Shown piece by piece: positions 36,835 through 50,604 of a stretch of DNA of 64,000 nucleotides (positions within the stretch are counted from its first letter, which is position 1; the number at the start of each line of letters is the position of its first letter). The notes under the pieces are model-generated. The model searched no databases and was not told the origin of the DNA. It was given only the letters and a program-made list of their open reading frames with translations. The position numbers were made by a program, and so were the translations under genes. This stretch comes from Carcharhinus amblyrhynchos (Eukaryota), in the NCBI GenBank assembly GCA_965287045.1, contig OZ336881.1, positions 54,498,001-54,562,000 of the forward strand, in the 5' to 3' direction.

Positions 36835-38295
36835 GGAAACGTGAGAGCCCTTTACAGGGTGCAGAGGAGATTTACCTGAATGGTTCCAGGGAGGAAGGAT
36901 TTTATCTACAAGGTTAGACTTGAGAAGCTGGGGTGTCCTGTGCGGAGCAACAGATATTGAGGGGAGGTCTGACAGAGGTGCACAAGTTTATGACAGCTTT
37001 GGATAAAGCAGACAAAGAGAGGTCATTTTCATTAGCTGGCAGTACAAGAAGCAAAAGACACACAGATTTTAGGCAAAAAATGCAAGGCAGAAATATGAGG
37101 AGAACTTTTATTCTGCAGTGCCTGGTAATGACCTAGAATTCATAGAATCCCGACAGTGAAGAAGGAGTCCATTCGGTCCATCATGTCTGCTCTGATAACA
37201 ATTCACCCAGGCCCTATCCCCATAACCTCATGTACAGAATCATAGAAACGCTACAGTGCAGAAAGAGGCCATTTGGCCCATCGAGTCTGCACCAACTACA
37301 ATCCCACCTAGGCCCTATCCCCATATCCCTACATATTTACCTGCTAACCCTTCTAACCTATGCATCTCAGGACACTAAGGGGTAATTTTAGCATGGCCAA
37401 TTAGCCTAACACGCACATTTCTGGACTGTGGGAGGAAACCGGAGCACCTGGAGGAAACCCACGCAGGCACATGGAGAATGTACAAACTCCACACAGACAG
37501 TGATCCAAGCCGGGAATTGAACCCAGGTCCCTGGATCTGTGAAGCAGCAGTGCTAACCACTGTGCTACCGTGCCGCCTGTATCTGCCCTGCTAATCCCCC
37601 TGATTCTAAGGAGAGGCACCATGGCACAATGGTTAGCACTGCTGCTTCACAGCCCCAGGGACCTGGGTTCGATTTCAGGCTTGGATCACTGTCTGTGTGG
37701 AGTTTGCACATTCTCCCCGTGTCTGTATGGGTTTCCTTCAGTTATTCCGGTTTCCTCCCACAGTTAAAAGATGTGCGGGTTAGGTGGATTGGCTATGGAA
37801 AATGCACCGTAGTGTCAGGGAGACTAGCTAGGGTAAATCCATGGAGTTATGGGGATAGGGCCTGGGTGGGATTGTGGTCAATGCAGACTCGATTGGCCAC
37901 ATGGCCTCCTGCACTGTAGGATGCTATGATTCTATGAATTTAGCATGACCAATCAACCTAACCTGCACATCTCTGGAGTGTGGAAGGAAACGGGAGTACC
38001 TGGAAGAAACCCACGTAGGCAAGAGGAGAACATGCGAACACCACACAGACAGTGACACATGGCTGGAATCGAACCAGGGCCCTGGCAGCAATGCTGACCA
38101 CTGTGCCACATATGCAGTTGATGGAAGCAGAGATGATAAATCCTTTCAAAAGAAAAATGGGATGTGCACTTCAGGGAAGTAAATTTACAGGGGTACATGA
38201 TGGAATAAGCATTAAGGCTGACTGGATTGATCAATAGAGAGCTGGTATGGATCTGATGGGCCAAATGGCAGTCTTGAGTGCCATTCTAACTCTGT
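36835..38295. mobile_element. Nested cluster: CR1 host (+) > HE1 (-) > two further HE1 copies
   Basis: CR1 36835-37140 + 38111-38295; host SINE 37138-37234 + 37578-37611 + 37937-38110; inserts 37235-37577 (-, TSD tgta) and 37612-37936 (+). Confidence 0.75.
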
Positions 38296-39631
38296 CACTT
38301 AATATGGGACCTGGGCTTTTGCATGGGAGGGGGCTGTGTAAAGAAGCAGCTGAGGGTTTTGGCGGCTGTAGCTCAGAAGTGGTGCAGTTAATTGAGGCAA
38401 TTTGCACATTGCAATGTATCAGTGTTCGACTGGCACTAATCAGCTATGCGCAAATTTTCTTGGAAAAAGCTGGCACAACTCCAACTTTACAGTATAATTT
38501 CACTGAAACTTTCCAGGAAATTCCAGGCCATCATTCCATCCTGTGAACCTTTTCCCAACTAATTTTCCTCGCACTTTTTTTCCCCTTTATTACTTGGCTC
38601 TGGAGAGATTTTTTTAAACATTTTTGGTCAACAGTTGTGCTCAGCAGCTTCCAGCTTTGCATAAAATATAGAGCATTTCTACGGATACTGCTATTAACCC
38701 TAATTACTTACCATCTATTTGTAATCACAATGCCAAATCATTTCTCAGACACTTTTAAATAAAATGCTACAGTATTGTGCTTCTTATTTAGGATATCATT
38801 CCTCTAACTCTGGTGTAAATTCCTAAAATGCCAGTTGGATTGTGGTTTTGACAGAAGGATTTGTGAAATATCCTAAAATTCTGGTACAATTCCCAGAATC
38901 TCATGTGATAGAAACAGAATATGACTGCAAGCTTTGCAGACAAATCAGCCCAGTTATAAATGGACATAGTGCTGAATTCAAATTTTAAAAATATAGGTAA
39001 AAGCCCCTGGAATCCCACCTAATAAAAAAAAGAACTTGACCCCGCCCAATCACTGTTAACAAATGGGCCAGCCTGTAACTAAAATACCATCAGAAAAATA
39101 AACTAAACAAGAGCTGGATTTACACTTGAATGCAATTTTCAGTGCAGCCACAAACAGTTGTGGGATTGCAATGTTGTGTGGCTTTCTTTCTCAGCTTCCT
39201 TTGTTAAAAAAGAGCTGTATGACACAGTTGACAGGAGCAGTGAAAACATTTGCTGGCTGAGGAAGCTGACTTTGATCCAATTTATGAATGCCATGTTATT
39301 AAATAATTTGATTATGCAGTGGTTGCTTTGGGCAGAAAACATAATTACAAATGATGTTTCTGATTATCGCTGTCTGTTATGAGAATATGCAACTACTATC
39401 TTTGGATTTATGTATTTTGTCAATCACCTTAAAAACAGATAGAAATCCCAAACTTCACTTCAGTGACACCAAAATATATACGCATTTACTGTAAGGAAAC
39501 ATGATGGAGTGCTTCAAACAAAACATTTCCCCACCCCACCAAGACATCCTTATGAGAAAAAAAGGTTGTACCCTGTCAAAGTCAAATAACTGTCTGAAAT
39601 ATTTTATGGTCCTGGGACTTTTATCTGACTT

Positions 39632-39952
39632 GGGTGGCATGGTAGCACTGCTGCTTCACAGCTCCAGGGACCTGGGTTCGATTCCCAATTTGGGTCATTG
39701 TCTGTGTGGAGTTTGCACATTCTCCTCGTGTCTGTGTGGGTTTTCTCCGAGTGCTCTGGTTTCCTCCCACAGTCCAAAGATGTGTGGATTAGGTTGATTG
39801 GTCATGCTAAAATTGTCCTGAGATGCATAGGTTAGAGGGATTAGTGGGTAAATATGTAGGGATATGGGGGTAGGGCCTGGGTGGGATCGTGTTTGGTGCA
39901 CACCAAATGGTGGCCCCTTTCTGTACTGTAGGGTTTCTATGATTCTTTCTAT
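39632..39952 (+). mobile_element. HE1-like V-SINE
   Basis: Head, core and ttctatgattct tail. Confidence 0.85.
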
Positions 39953-40659
39953 GGAAGGCTGGGACTGCTCTAGCAATCCTTATCTCTTAGAATTGTAAAT
40001 TGAAGGTGCACAATTGGTGTCTGGGTTTAAAATGTGTTAAAGTGGTCTGTTGCGACTCCTGGGTGCCTTGTAAACTTGGCATTGAGTCTTTCTAATGTTG
40101 TGAGAAAGTGGATACTTAAGCCCACTCTCCTAACATTAAAAAAAACACCAGCGAGTGGAGCTCTATGCCTGTGCGGAAGTGCACACGAACAATGCTCCTT
40201 CCTGTTGGACAGATTATAACTTCCAGCCACGCGCAGTCCAATATATAAGTTGAATATTGCTGGCTGCATTTCAATCCAATGTTATGGACCTTAGTAAGAT
40301 AGTTTCAGAGAAGGCTTACTGAAGGAGTGGTGGCTGCTGGAAGCTAGGTTTCACACATGTTTGGATGTGCATTTCCACTTTAAAATGTACCTCTTTAATC
40401 AAGTGAATTTGGAAAGGCCAATGGCTCCAACCGAGAAGTTTTCTATTCAGGGAGATTATTAATCATCCACAGATTTATCACATGCTTTTACTGACATGCC
40501 AGTTTGGTTTATGTAACATCATCCTGACATTTAAGGTGATCTTGGATAAGTTAGCTCCAGGCAGATACAAATCTCTATCTAAGAGTCTACTTAATACCAG
40601 CATCACTGACAACATTGATCAGCTTTAGGGGAATTGTCAGAGCAAAAATAAGCGAGTTC

Positions 40660-41262
40660 CCAGGAGATGAGAAGAGACTTTTTCTCTCAGAATGCCGTGA
40701 ATTTTCAGAATTCTCTTTCCCAGAGGTCAGTGGAGGCAGGGTCCAGGAATATTTTTAAGGAGGTAGATAGATTCTTGAATAACAAGGGAGTTGAAGGTTA
40801 TCAAGGATTGGTAGACTACAGAGTTGATGCCACAGTCAGATCAGCCGTGATGTTATTAAATGGCAGAGCAGGTTGAGGGGCCAAATGGCCTACTCTGGCT
40901 CCTAATTCCTATGCTCATGTGTATGTTCTAGGACAGCATGCTGGCACAGTGATTAGCACTGCTGCCTCCCAGCGCCAGGGACTTGGGTTCGATTCACCGC
41001 TTTAGACACTGTCTGTGTGGCGTTTGCACATTCTCCCCATGTCTGCATGGGTTTTACTGCAGGTGCTCCAGTTTCCTCCCACAGTCCAAAGATGTGCGGG
41101 GTAGGTTGATTGGCCATGACAAATTGCCGCTTAGTGTCAGGGGGACTAGAAATGTAAATATGTGGGGTTACAGGGATAGGACCTGGGTAGGATTGTTGTA
41201 GGTGCAGGTTCCAGGCGCTAAATGGCCTCCTTCTGTATATAGATTCTATGATTCTATGAATC
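40660..41262 (+). mobile_element. CR1 3' end (40660-40930) plus HE1-like SINE (40932-41262)
   Basis: RRDFFSQNAVNFQNSLSQRSVEAGS followed by a full SINE. Confidence 0.8.
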
Positions 41263-42442
41263 TTACCATTACATTCTATCTGAGATTCAGTGAAAAAATA
41301 TTTGTACAAATATTAAAGATACAAAGCTCAAAATAAATGCAAGTTCACTGCTGATAGATGTTACCCTGGCAAAATAAGCTGTACTGAAACAATGCTAAAA
41401 GTGCAGAACAAAATAGGCAAATGTACATCAATGTCCTGGTAACCATTACACCTGGAAGAGCTCAGTCATTATGCATATCAGTTTCAGCATAAAACAATCA
41501 GGCTAAGCCTGCAGTAAAGTGTAATCATTCACATTCATTAATTGACATGGAGCAAATGCCCTCATTTATATCAGTTTTTCGATCATTACTTGCAGTGTGC
41601 AGTGCTGCCTGCATGGATAACATGGACTTCAGACATTCTCAACTTGCTAATAGTGCAGCCAGGTGCAGCTCGCAGATGTAGTGTTATCCCATTGATAGCC
41701 CCATTCAATCCCCCAAAGCCCCAGTCTCTTTTGTTCCTCAGAGAGACAGCTTGAACCCATTCACCACTATCCTCCCCCCCAACATCCCTCCCCCTCCCCC
41801 AGGTGACTTTCAGGGTGCTCCTGTAGTACAGAGGTTTCGATGTTTCCATTAATCAGCTTCAGAACAATCTTCCTTCCACCTTCATTGCTTTTATCCCTAC
41901 CACATCCCTTTCAAACCCACTTTTCAGAATGTCACCTCTGCCAGTCTGCAGCCTTTAGTCCTCAGAGACTCTTGCTCGGAGTACTTAGCTGTACTTCCTC
42001 CATCTTTTGGTAAGTGTGTAGCAAAGGCCTGCCCATGTACGAAGAGAAAAGCTAAGGTGCTGTGAGTGTGCAGTTAATGATTGATGGGTTCAGTACGGCA
42101 CAGCGGATATGCAATTCTCTCATGAGTGGGTTATACTTTAACTGTGTCAAGAACGGGCAGTGCAGTAGTCAGGCATGCTTTCCGCAGTAAGGAAGGAAAG
42201 ATGGAAAGTGGGTCATTTCAAGGTAGTTTTGCACACTGACCACCGTGATAGGTCAAGTGGCATTGCTAAAGGTTGGGGGCATCCATTAGTCAGTATCGAA
42301 CACAAGAAAACTGAAAAGAGTTGAAGGTGAAGTAACACAAACCAAATTCAATAGAAATAGTACAGTACATTGGATCATGTTCCTCATTCAGAAAATAATC
42401 AGTTTGTTTGGGTAAACTGATTGAAGTATGGCATGAGTATTT

Positions 42443-42708
42443 GGGTTTTGAGCTGAGGAAGAATTTCTCCAGCCAGAGAGTGGTGAATCTGTGGATCTTT
42501 TTGTCCCAGAAGGCTGTGGAGGCCACATCATTGAGTGTCTTTAAGACAGAAATAGATAGGTTCTTGACTAATAGGGGAATCAGTGATTATTGGGAAAAGG
42601 CAGAAGAATGGGGATGAGAAAAATATCAGCCATGATTGAATGGGGGAGTGGACTCGATGGGCCGAGTGGCCTACTTCTGCTTCTATATCTTACTGCCTTA
42701 ATGTTTCT
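42443..42708 (+). mobile_element. CR1 3' fragment
   Basis: ELRKNFSSQRVVNLW...VEATSLSVFKTEIDRFL. Confidence 0.8.
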
Positions 42709-43924
42709 AGTTTATTGCACATTTTACAAAATGGTTCCTTATTTTAGGCAATTTTCTTTGTTCCTTCATTAGGAAGATTAGATGTGGTGCAAGGCAAATA
42801 ATGTAGAGTATTCCCAAATAGCCAATTCCAGTGTAATCTGACAGTTGGAATAAACATCTTGTCTATCTTACTGTTGAGATAAGTCAAATGATACGTTTTC
42901 ATCTCCAAGAAAACATTTTTAATTAATGTGACTAATATATGCAGCAGGTGAATATAAGACAGAGGTCTTAATAATCTCTCCCTTTAATTTTTGTGTTTGT
43001 TCTGTGTTATCGAAATAAATAATAATTTTTCTTACAGGGCAGGAATATCATGAGGTTATAATAGTTACTGTGTGCCTGTGAAGCAGATTTAACTTTAACT
43101 GAGTAAATATAGACAGTGTTATAATACAATCTAAACAAAAGTTAGTCTGATAAGAATGTGTATTTAATGCTGTCTTTTGTAAGCTTGTTCCTTTCTATTT
43201 AGTGTAGTTTCTGTGCTCATCACGGTAATAAATGTTAACATTCAGGAGGCCTTTTGGCTAAGTTCAAACATCAGATCAAGCCCAAGATCAGGTGCGATGG
43301 CCTTTCTTGTCAGTTTGGATCTTGTTTGTCTCTTTTGTGGGGATCATGTATTGGATTCAATTGGAATTTGAATTTGGTTTTGGAAGAATGCAGGGAATGG
43401 ATTTGAATTTGTCCCATTCACTCTGAGCATTGGCTTTGCAACTTTTAGAATGGAGAAGCAAAACATTAAGGAATGGAACACTTCCCACGTCTGTTACAAA
43501 ACGGCAGGAATTTCCCAGTGGCTTTCAGGGTTCAGAAGCCTGCACTGTATGTGAAAGAGTCACATTTTCCCCAGAGCAGCCAGAGGGTGGGCTCACCATC
43601 CAATGAAGGATGCTGGGCAGGCTTCTGAAACTGGGGAGCCAATCCCCTCTGTATTCCAGCCTGAAAGCAGCAGAATGGAAGGTAAGTGAGGAAGAGGACA
43701 CTTCAAATGGAGGCACCCACCCTTCAACATTTTCTTTCTGGCAGCCTTCTGTATCGTAAGATGATGGTTTGTGCTGTGGTAGGGAAATCTGTGTTAAACA
43801 TCACCTGGTGTGGCTCAGGATATTACCATACTACCATCTGAATGCTCAGCCTATTAAGTTCCACATTGATCACCATTGATGTCTGTGTACTATTGATCAA
43901 TTGCAAGTTATCTGATAATCCTGC

Positions 43925-44278
43925 ACACATAGAGTCCCTACAGTACAGAAGGAGGCCATTCAGCCCATTGAGTCATAAATGACTCTCCAAAAGAACATTA
44001 CCAAGGTCCACCCTTCTTCATCACTCCCCGTCCTATTCCCACAGTCCTGCACATTTACTCTGGCTAATCCACTTAACCTACATATCTTTAGATACTAAGG
44101 AGAAATTTAGCATGGCTAATCTACTTACCTGGAGTGTGGGAGGAAATTGGAGCACTTGGAGGAAACACACACAGACAGGAGGAGAATGTACAAACTCCAC
44201 ACTGGCAGTCACCCAAGGCAACAATTGAACTTGGACCCCTGATGTTGTGAGGCTAACCAGTGTACCACCATGCTATCC
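43925..44278 (-). mobile_element. HE1-like V-SINE
   Basis: Reverse-oriented tail, core and head. Confidence 0.8.
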
Positions 44279-44779
44279 TGATGCCCTCAGGAACCCCACT
44301 CTGGCATGGCAGCCACAGCTGCATTTGTTGCAGAGACAGTGGGCTGTGAAGGTGCACAATTTGCTGACCTCTGTTTTTTCTGGCCCATATGCTCAGAGGT
44401 TTTTGTTTCTGCTAATCTCTTCCAATGCCCTTTTAAACAGTCAGCCTCCAGAGGTCACAGCCATCAGTGACATCTCCCAGTTGTCACTGACCATGTCTAG
44501 CGTCTTCACTGACTGCAATAAACCATTTGAGAGATGGAGTGAAGCACTAGCTTGAGTTGTACTCTAGGGAGAACTGTCAACGAGGAAGCTGTAATGATAT
44601 GAAAAGCTGCTTGTCATGGCAGTGCTGGTTATCAAACCCACAGTGGAGGGGCTTAGCTTACTTGTAGGTGTTATTGTAGTGGAAGTTTGGGCACCCAAGA
44701 GGTAATGACCCAATGACCAGTTCACCTCGCAGAAGTTCTTTGGGTTTATGGTTGCCATTTGTGAAATGAATGTGGCTGA

Positions 44780-47700
44780 GCCAATGCAGTCGCTGTTGAC
44801 TTAGGAATGAGTGTGCGCTAATAGAATTAGCGTGCTTCAGGACGTCTAGTTGATGACCACATCCTGCAAAGGATACATCTGAGACAGCAAAGGTAGAAGC
44901 TGTTCAGCTTTTTCTCCTGCAGTTGTCCAAGTCTAATCACTGTTCAAAAGTGTGCTAAAGGTTCAGGCTAAGTAGACCCACAGTTTGGTGTTCTCAGTCA
45001 GGTTGCTGTTGTTACACACTCTCTCACTCAGCTTGGATACAACAGCTTCAGCCTTTGCAATGTGTGTGTAGATTTCAGCATCATGTGACAGATTGTTGGT
45101 GATTGTGGAACAAAGATATGTGAAGCTATCAACAACCTCCAACGCCAATGACAGGTTCCATGGCAGTGTCAATGCTGATAGATGGCAGTATAGCAACATC
45201 CTGGATCATGGCATTTTTCATCCTGATGCTGATGGTCAAATGAAACTCTTTACATGTGAGAAAGGGTCTGTCCACTTGCTGCTGAAGATGATCCTGGGTA
45301 TAAAAATGCTAGTGCAGCCTTATCAGCATACAGCTGAGGACCTGCTGCATCTTTATCTGGGCTCCCAGAAAGGCAAGGTTTTTCATCAGTTCTGCTCTGC
45401 CAGTAGACTTCTTCACTGGATGATGTGAAAACATATGACAGCAGCAAAGAGTATACCAAAGAATGTCAGTGCCAGAACACAACCCTGTTTGACCCTACTG
45501 CAGATCTCAAAGGGTTCCGATGTTGCCCTGTCAAAGCAAACCTAAAGGGTGACACCGTAGCACAGTGGTTAGCACTGCTGCTTCACAGCTCCAGGGCCTG
45601 AGTTCGATTCCCAGCTTGGGTCACTGTCTGTGTGGAGTTTGTACACTCTCCCCGTGTCTGCTTGGGTTTCTTCCAGGCGCTCCGGTTTCCTCCCACAGTC
45701 CAAAGACGTGCGGGTTAGGTTGATTGGCCATGTTAAAATTGCCCCTTACTGTCCCGAGATGCATAGGTTAGCAGGATTAACAGGTAAATATGTAGGGATA
45801 TGGGGGTAGGGTCTGGGTGGGATTGTGGTCAGTGCAGACTTGATGGGCCAAATGGCCTCTTTCTACACTGTAGGGTTTCTATGATTCTAGGTACCCATCA
45901 TAGGGTCATAGAGCAATACAGCACAGAAACCATGGTGCCCTCCCAGCTAATCCCAGTGCCCATGTTTAGCCTGTATCCCTCTAATCCTTTCCCATCTATT
46001 TGCTTATCCGAATGCTTTTTAAATGTTGCTATTCTACCTGCCTCAACCACTTTCCCTGACAGCTCCTTCCATATACACACCATGTGAGGAATGCTGTCCC
46101 TCAGGTCCCTTTTTAATCTTTACCCTCATGTTGCCACTGAAAGAGACGCTCTATTTAGCTTCGGTGGACAGCTAGTTCTCGCCAACAACTTAAATGGAGC
46201 GCCTCTGCCTATGTGGTCGAATGCCTTGGTGAGACTGAAGATGGCAATGTCTGTGGTTTGCTTTGTCCTCTGCACCTCTTGAAGTTACTGGACTGAGATG
46301 ATCATGTCATTGGAGACCTTCCTGTTCTGAAACCATGCTAGGATTCAGGGTAGCAACATTCAGCCAGGCCCTGCAGTCTGACAAGGGCAAAATGAGCAAA
46401 TAGCTTTCCCATGTTGTTTAGCAGTGTGATGCCTGAATAGTTGTTAAATGGCTATATTCACCGTGGTTCTTGTACAAGTTCGAAATCCTTGTATCAGGAT
46501 AGCTACCTATCCTGTGGCACTACTCCCTCCCTCTAACAGAGACACACATCTGTGCAGATGCTGCAGAAGTGCCAGTTTCCTGTATTTGATGAGTTCAGGC
46601 GGTTTTAGGAGTAGGACCAGGAGCTTAGTCCATGGCAAGTGACTCAATCGCCTGTTATGGAATCGTTCATTGACCTCAGGTAGGAATTTCCTGCCTCGCT
46701 CAATTGAGGCCATAAAATCCCGCTCATTAGCTTTGCTAAGCTCCTCCACTGTGGGTTTGATATTCAGCTGTATCATCACAGTCTTTCTATGGCATCTAGA
46801 GCTTCCTCATACACAGCATTATCCCGAGAGTACAACTCAAGGTAATATTTCCCCCATTTCTCCAATTGTTTTGTGCAATCAGTGATGACCTCCCCTACTC
46901 TTGTTTTCAATAGTACTGATTTTTTTCTTGTCTTGTTGATCTGTTGTCTTGTTGATCTCTTCATTCATGTCCCGAGCGCTCCCTGTGTCGAAGGACATCT
47001 GGATATTCTGGCAAAGTTGTAACCAGTAGTCGTTGGCGCACGGCCTAGCAGTCTGTTGGACTTTACTTCAAGCGGCTTAGTGCATTCAGAGTCTCTCTTG
47101 TAATTAATGAGAGTGGACCATTTGGCTTCAATGACAGGTTCCATGACAGTGTTGTTAGCCTCGAACCAGTCAGATTTTTTTCCTCTCTTATTGTTGAGAG
47201 TGCAGTATTGCCGATGGTGTCTTGAAGTATGTCCCATTTTGCTTCAGCACTCGGTGTAGAAATGCCGGGGAGCACTGAGTTGAGGAATGGTTGGTTTTTA
47301 TCCGGGTAGGCAGTATGGCTGACATTGATACAAGGGCAGCATTTCAGTTTTGAATGAAAAACTTCAGCGGTTGCGTTGTAATCCAGGTGCACACTAGGGA
47401 GCGATCTGTATCACAGTCAGCCTTGTGGTGGGAGTGTGTGTTCAGGACGCTATTCAGAGAGTCACCTCTGGTGATGCTCAGATCCAGCTAGCACCAATGC
47501 CTTGATCTTGGTTGCCTCCAGGACACCTTGTTGTGAAAGAAGGTGTTACTTACACAAAGCTCATGGTAGCAGCAAAGCTTAAGTAGTCTGCTCATTCTCA
47601 TTTATCTTTTCCAAGCCATGACGGCTGAGGCATGAGGACCATGCCTCATAGTCGGTGTCCACTCTCGCACTGAAATCAATTAGCAGGTAAAGATGTTTTG

Positions 47701-48060
47701 ATCTAAGGATCCTATTGATAGCTGTGTCATTCACCTCAGCAATAGAGTATAGTGTTAGAGTAAAGATAGTCTTGAGGTTAACTGCCTCTGTTTGAATTGA
47801 AAAGGCGGATGGAGAGAATAGATTTGAACCAATTGTGGAGGGTGTTCTATCTTCGAAAATAACAGACTCCTTACAATGAAGCCTACAACCTTGTTCAATC
47901 ATTATCTCTGCCAGATGAACAAGTAATAATTTTCTTTCAGTAATGCGCTCTCAGTGAACCCAGTCTCTTTAGTAGGTAGTCAATGTCAATATTTAGCCTA
48001 TCAAGTTCCATGTTGATGACAGCTGTCCTTTGTGCACTGCCCACTTCAAGTGGACATTGG
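44780..48060 (-). mobile_element. Decayed, near full-length RTE-clade LINE (APE + RT), interrupted by a SINE (45547-45890, +) and a CR1 fragment (45900-46125, -)
   Basis: Minus-strand peptides: LYLLIDFSARVDTDYEAWSSCLSRHGLEKINEN (APE), PRSRHW..LDL.ITR, KWDILQDTI, KKSDWFEAN, IAIFSLTKAFD (RT), LEVVDSFTYLCSTI...TKLWVY; many stops and frameshifts. Confidence 0.85.
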
Positions 48061-49870
48061 CTGAGCTGTGGAACATGATGCTCCCTCCTACCATTGGAGA
48101 CAGCCTGTAGCACCCCATTCTCTATGCCAGTGGAGTTGGGCTATCGCCCGTGTTGTGTTAACACTCTGCAGCTCTGCAGTGGAACTGGAGTGTCCCCCTG
48201 CTCTGGCAAAAGCCTGTGCAAAATATATGGAGATCATGGCCTGAGGCTCCCTTCTCAACCTCCCTGCTTGAGCCAAAGGAATGCAAAGCATTATGTTTGG
48301 CACCGGTTTGGTTGCAGTAGTTGTTGCAAAGATGACTTTTTTGTATTTAAACTAAAAAATAGCTTTTGAAGCCAGGCCACCGCTGTGAGTGATGGTGGGG
48401 AATCTTTCTACAAGGTGCACTTCAGTTGTTGCTTTACCCAGGCGGGTAGAGAGGGTCTGTCTGGAATATTGCCTCCCGCCTTGGTCCGTCAGTTAGACTG
48501 ATCCAGCAAGAATCAGGCAGCCAGCTGGAAAACATGCACGCAGGCGGGTAGCCCTGCTGCCCACCACCCATCTACCTTCATGGAAATGGTCCAGGAGCCG
48601 GATGGAGCAACCCCCCACCCCCCCCGATTCCTGAGTTCCAAAACCAAGCTTTCAGAAGCTGGGTGCAGCATGGTTAGGTGAAGCTTTTCCTGCTCTGCCC
48701 AGTGTTTCACTTCAGGCTCATCCTGGGTAGCTGGAATTGAACAACTGATACACTTTTCATTATCCACACCCAACATCCTGTGGCCCCTCCACATGGGCTG
48801 TTTAGTGTGGACATTCTTCATGCTAGGAATCGGATTGACAGCAGCAACATTTTTGACAAGCCAACACGAGCTCATGGTATGAAATGGTTTCCAGAGACCA
48901 GGAAGTTCCTTGGAGCTTCCTTGCATCGCAATAAATATTTTTCACGAAATGTGCCGTAAATCCCATCATGTCAGATTCCTGAAAAAAAAGAGTCAAGCAG
49001 GAGCAAGTTTGAGAAATTGCCCGGCCAAAGTAGCCTCCAGGTCACTGAAAATGTTACTGCGAGGGAAATTAATTCCTGTGGGAGTGAGCTTTCTTGGAAA
49101 GCAGCAGAAACCTTTGCGGTGGGGAGATGATTTACCTGAGCCCAGTTTCGGGAGACTGCCTTTATTCACTGCAGGCAAAGCTGCACTGGATTCAGAGCCG
49201 TTCCTCGCAATTGGTAGCAGAGGTGAGATTGTTAACAACGAAGACTTTGTACTTCAAACACAGAGGGGTGATTTTTCGCATTCAGTGCTGCATGGAAACT
49301 GGTGATAGCAGAATCAACTCCCCATTTTACACCCTCCCGCCTCCCTGGAATAGAAATATGAGCAGTGTGGAACCAACACACTTTCACTACACTGAAGCAA
49401 AAGCAATATTGGCACCTAGACTGCAGCTTCTGGACTAAGGACAATCATCCCTGTCTCCACGGGTTGTTCAACTGTTTCGTGCAATGCCACAAAGAATTTA
49501 CTTTTGCGATTATTTCAAAGTGTTTACTTTGCTGAACAGTGGGAATTGCAAATTGCTTCCACTCTTTACGATGGACTATAAAAAAATTAAATCTTTCATG
49601 AGCAAAGCAAATGAAAAATAATATTTTTAAGTGCGGTTTTCCAAAATAAATGCTATGCAATATTCTGCACCCTCCTCCAGTTTATTTAATTTTATTATGA
49701 TTTCTGAAATATTTCTTCAGTCAGATTGACAGGAGGAAGCAGTTCTGTTCATTTGAGATTTGGTAAAATGGCATTCCACTGTTCACATTAAGGGTGAAAG
49801 TTTACAGCTCCGTTGCATCTGAAAATGCAGCGAGCTGTTCAAACTCCACTAAATTCGGCACAACCCCAGA

Positions 49871-50070
49871 ATAAGAACATAAGAAGTAGGAGCAGGAGTA
49901 GGCCACTGGCCCCTCGAGCCCACTCCGCCATTCAATTAGATCGTAGCTGATCTTATTGTGGACTCAGATCCACTTAACCCGCCCACTCACCATAACCCTT
50001 AATTCCTTTACTGTTCAAAACTTTATCTATTCTTGCCTTAAGAACATTCAATAAAGTAGCCTCAACTGCA
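49871..50070 (-). mobile_element. CR1 3' fragment
   Basis: aagaacataagaagtaggagcaggagtaggcc... reverse-oriented tail. Confidence 0.75.
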
Positions 50071-50228
50071 TCCAGTCCCGCCGCAGTCAGTGGAGCTTGT
50101 TTTCACACCCTCCAGCGCTGGGGAATCCACAAAGGGGATGGCAACCACATTGGCAGAACAGGATAATTCTGCCAGCAAAACCAGATTGAAACAATCCAGA
50201 AATTCTTGAGAAGATAAGTAGTAAAACC

Positions 50229-50462
50229 ATAGACTCTCTACAGTGCAGAAGGAGGCCACTTGGCTCATCAAGTCCACACTGACTTTCCAACAGAGCAATT
50301 TAGAATGGCCACTCCACCTAACCTGCACATGGAGGAAACCGGATCACATGGAGAAAACCCACATGGACACAGGGAGAATGTGTAAGCTCCATAAAGACAG
50401 TGACCAGAGGCAGGAATCGAACCAGGGTCCCTGACGCTGTGAGGCAGCAGTGCTAACCACAG
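50229..50462 (-). mobile_element. HE1-like SINE (internally deleted)
   Basis: Tail, core and head in reverse orientation. Confidence 0.75.
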
Positions 50463-50604
50463 TTCTGGAGATCTAACATTTGATAGCTTTGATTCACAGA
50501 GTCTGTGGTAGCAGATAAGGATGTGCAACTGTGGCTGTGGATATTTGGTACAACAAAAATGCTAGATTTTTTAATGTTTGCGTTGGTGTCCTACTTTATT
50601 CCCT

